Shown here: one piece after another, positions 59,688-61,420 of the stretch
Layout: every line of letters starts with the position of its first letter
How positions within the stretch are numbered: position 1 is the stretch's first letter
NCBI GenBank assembly: GCA_017621085.1
Contig: JAGATW010000070.1
Coordinates: 1-61,420 of the forward strand
From: Clostridia bacterium
Lineage (GTDB): Bacteria > Bacillota > Clostridia > Oscillospirales > CAG-272
DNA length: 61,420 nt
Direction of reading: 5' to 3'
Made by a program: the position numbers and the translations under genes
Notes under the pieces: generated by a model
What the model saw: the letters and a program-made list of their open reading frames with translations, nothing else
What the model was told of the DNA's origin: nothing
Database searches by the model: none

Positions 59688-60809
59688 ATGAGCTTTGATA
59701 CATACGAGCTTAGTGATAGAAAAAAATCTATTTTAAAAGCTATTGTAGAGGCACACATTAAGCTTGGTGAGCCTGTTGGCTCTAAGTACTTAATGCAAGA
59801 GGGAAACATACCTTATTCCTCAGCTACCATTAGAAATGAAATGGCAGAGCTTGAAGGCCTTGGCTATTTGGAACAGCCCCATACCTCGGCAGGTCGTATT
59901 CCTTCTGAGCTTGGTTATAGGTTTTATGTTGACACTCTTGTAGCACAGTATGACGCAACTACACAAGAGGCGGGTCAGTTAAAAAAGCTCTTGTCTGTAA
60001 AGCAGGCTGAAATCGATAAGATTTTGGAAAACGCAACAAAGGTTGCCTCTGCTATGACAAACTATACAGCGCTTTCCTTGCGTCCCCGTCCCTCAAGCAT
60101 TACAATAAAAAAGTATGAGGCTGTTTACTTAGACCCCTATTCCTTTATTATAGTAATGATAGTGGGTGCCTCTGACTCAGTTAAAACAAGGAACATTAAG
60201 CTTCCATTCAGCGTAACACCTGACTTGATTAAGCTTTTGTCCCAAGTGTTAAATTTGTATTTGACAGGAATATCTATTAATGAAATGAATATTTCCTTAA
60301 TGGTAGATATGGAAACACAGTTAGAGAGCAGTAGCGGTGAGGACAAAAAGCTATGTGCTGAGCTTATTTCCATTACGGTTAAAGGCATTTATGAAACAAT
60401 GAACGAGTTAGGCTCTGAAATTAAATTTGAGGGCTTGAATAGACTCCTTGAGCATCCGGAATATAAAAACCTTGATAAGCTTCAAAAAATGATAAGCGCA
60501 ATTGAAAGCAAGGAAGATATTATAAAGGCGGTATCCACCATCGACCAAAGCGACGATGAAACAAAAATATTCATTGGCTCTGAAAATATGGTTAAGATAA
60601 TGGATGACTCCACCTTAATATATAAAAACCTAAAGCTCAATGGCAGAACAATAGGAGCAATCGGAATTATAGGTCCTTGCAGAATGGACTATTCTAAGGT
60701 GCTTAAAACAATTGATCGTCTGAGCGAGGAAATTAATAATATGTCAAGCTTAGATGCATTGCCACCGGGCACAATAATTAAGACAGAGGAAGATGATGAT
60801 GGACAATAA
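59688..60809 (+). CDS. hrcA: Heat-inducible transcription repressor
   Basis: EPVGSK, SSATIRNEM, QPHTSAGRIPS, IGIIGPCRMDY. Confidence 0.96.
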   Translation: MSFDTYELSDRKKSILKAIVEAHIKLGEPVGSKYLMQEGNIPYSSATIRNEMAELEGLGYLEQPHTSAGRIPSELGYRFYVDTLVAQYDATTQEAGQLKKLLSVKQAEIDKILENATKVASAMTNYTALSLRPRPSSITIKKYEAVYLDPYSFIIVMIVGASDSVKTRNIKLPFSVTPDLIKLLSQVLNLYLTGISINEMNISLMVDMETQLESSSGEDKKLCAELISITVKGIYETMNELGSEIKFEGLNRLLEHPEYKNLDKLQKMISAIESKEDIIKAVSTIDQSDDETKIFIGSENMVKIMDDSTLIYKNLKLNGRTIGAIGIIGPCRMDYSKVLKTIDRLSEEINNMSSLDALPPGTIIKTEEDDDGQ

Positions 60810-61332
60810 GGAAAAAAATGTAAATAGCGAAAATAACGAAAATAACGAAAATAACGAAAACAATGAAAGCAATGTGAACAAGGAAGCAGGTGCTGAAAAG
60901 GACACAGAACTATTTGAAATAAAAAAGCAGTTAGCCGACACAAGCGACAAATATTTAAGAGTTCTTGCAGAGTATGATAACTTCCGTAAAAGAAGCTTAA
61001 AGGAACGAGATTCTATTTACAGCGAGGCTTATGTTGACTGCGTAAAAAATCTTCTCCCAATAATTGATAATATTGAAAGAGTATTAACTCTTGAGGGGGA
61101 TGAAAAGTTTATGGATGGATTAAAGCTAATAGTTGGCCAGGTACACGAATCCTTAAACAAAATGGGTGTTACAGAAATTGAATGTAAGACCTTTGACCCA
61201 AATTTGCATAATGCGGTAATGCACATAGATGATGAGGCTTATGGTGAAAACGAAATAATTGAGGTTTTCCAAAAGGGCTACACCTATGGTGAGCGCGTTA
61301 TAAGATATGCTATGGTAAAAGTAGCAAATTAA
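60799..61332 (+). CDS. grpE: Nucleotide exchange factor GrpE (start may instead be 60793 or 60796)
   Basis: LRVLAEYDNFRKR, FDPNLHNAV, FQKGY..RVIRYAMVKV. Confidence 0.95.
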   Translation: MDNKEKNVNSENNENNENNENNESNVNKEAGAEKDTELFEIKKQLADTSDKYLRVLAEYDNFRKRSLKERDSIYSEAYVDCVKNLLPIIDNIERVLTLEGDEKFMDGLKLIVGQVHESLNKMGVTEIECKTFDPNLHNAVMHIDDEAYGENEIIEVFQKGYTYGERVIRYAMVKVAN

Positions 61333-61373
61333 TTAGTTAAAAATTTACTTAATATAAACGGAGGAAAATTATT

Positions 61374-61420
61374 ATGGGAAAAATTATCGGTATTGACTTA
61401 GGTACAACAAACTCTTGTGT
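61374..61420 (+). CDS. dnaK: Chaperone DnaK, 5' end (cut by the window edge)
   Basis: MGKIIGIDLGTTNSC after GGAGG, downstream of grpE. Confidence 0.95.
   Translation, partial: MGKIIGIDLGTTNSC

Noticed and set aside
60828-60863. 9-bp tandem repeat CGAAAATAA in grpE
   Set aside because: In-frame ENN expansion in the variable GrpE N-terminus; cannot cause frameshift phase variation

Overview
AT-rich Clostridia-type (Bacillota) chromosomal segment, mostly housekeeping and metabolic, with no rRNA, tRNA, CRISPR array, integrase or transposase that I could recognise. In order: GT2, icd, a paaK-iorAB-paaK-ACT-amidohydrolase-aminotransferase operon, a GH106-like-GT2-glf operon, an XRE/membrane-protein pair, a four-helix-bundle gene, a half-length guaA, gtrA/gtrB-like genes with an M3 peptidase, pflBA, AraC opposite an LRR surface protein, ddh, a sirtuin, scfA-scfB-decarboxylase (scfA is absent from the ORF track), fnlABC, a five-gene MoxR/vWA operon led by a ~1190-aa acidic coiled-coil membrane protein, gpmI, a clan GH-A lipoprotein, and CIRCE-hrcA-grpE-dnaK(5'). 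The most striking unexplained signal is non-coding. At 18626-18787, three TCATAAC and three GTTATGA heptamers alternate with variable perfect hairpins and can fold into two gap-free four-way junctions. This array sits directly upstream of the four-helix-bundle gene, and gene plus array are bracketed by a 14-bp direct repeat, suggesting a small structured cassette. Other candidates are an ECF-type promoter followed by a structured ORF-less transcript (41427-41660) and a 125-bp structured tandem repeat inside fnlABC. All protein calls come from motif recognition by eye; no searches or folding computations were run.
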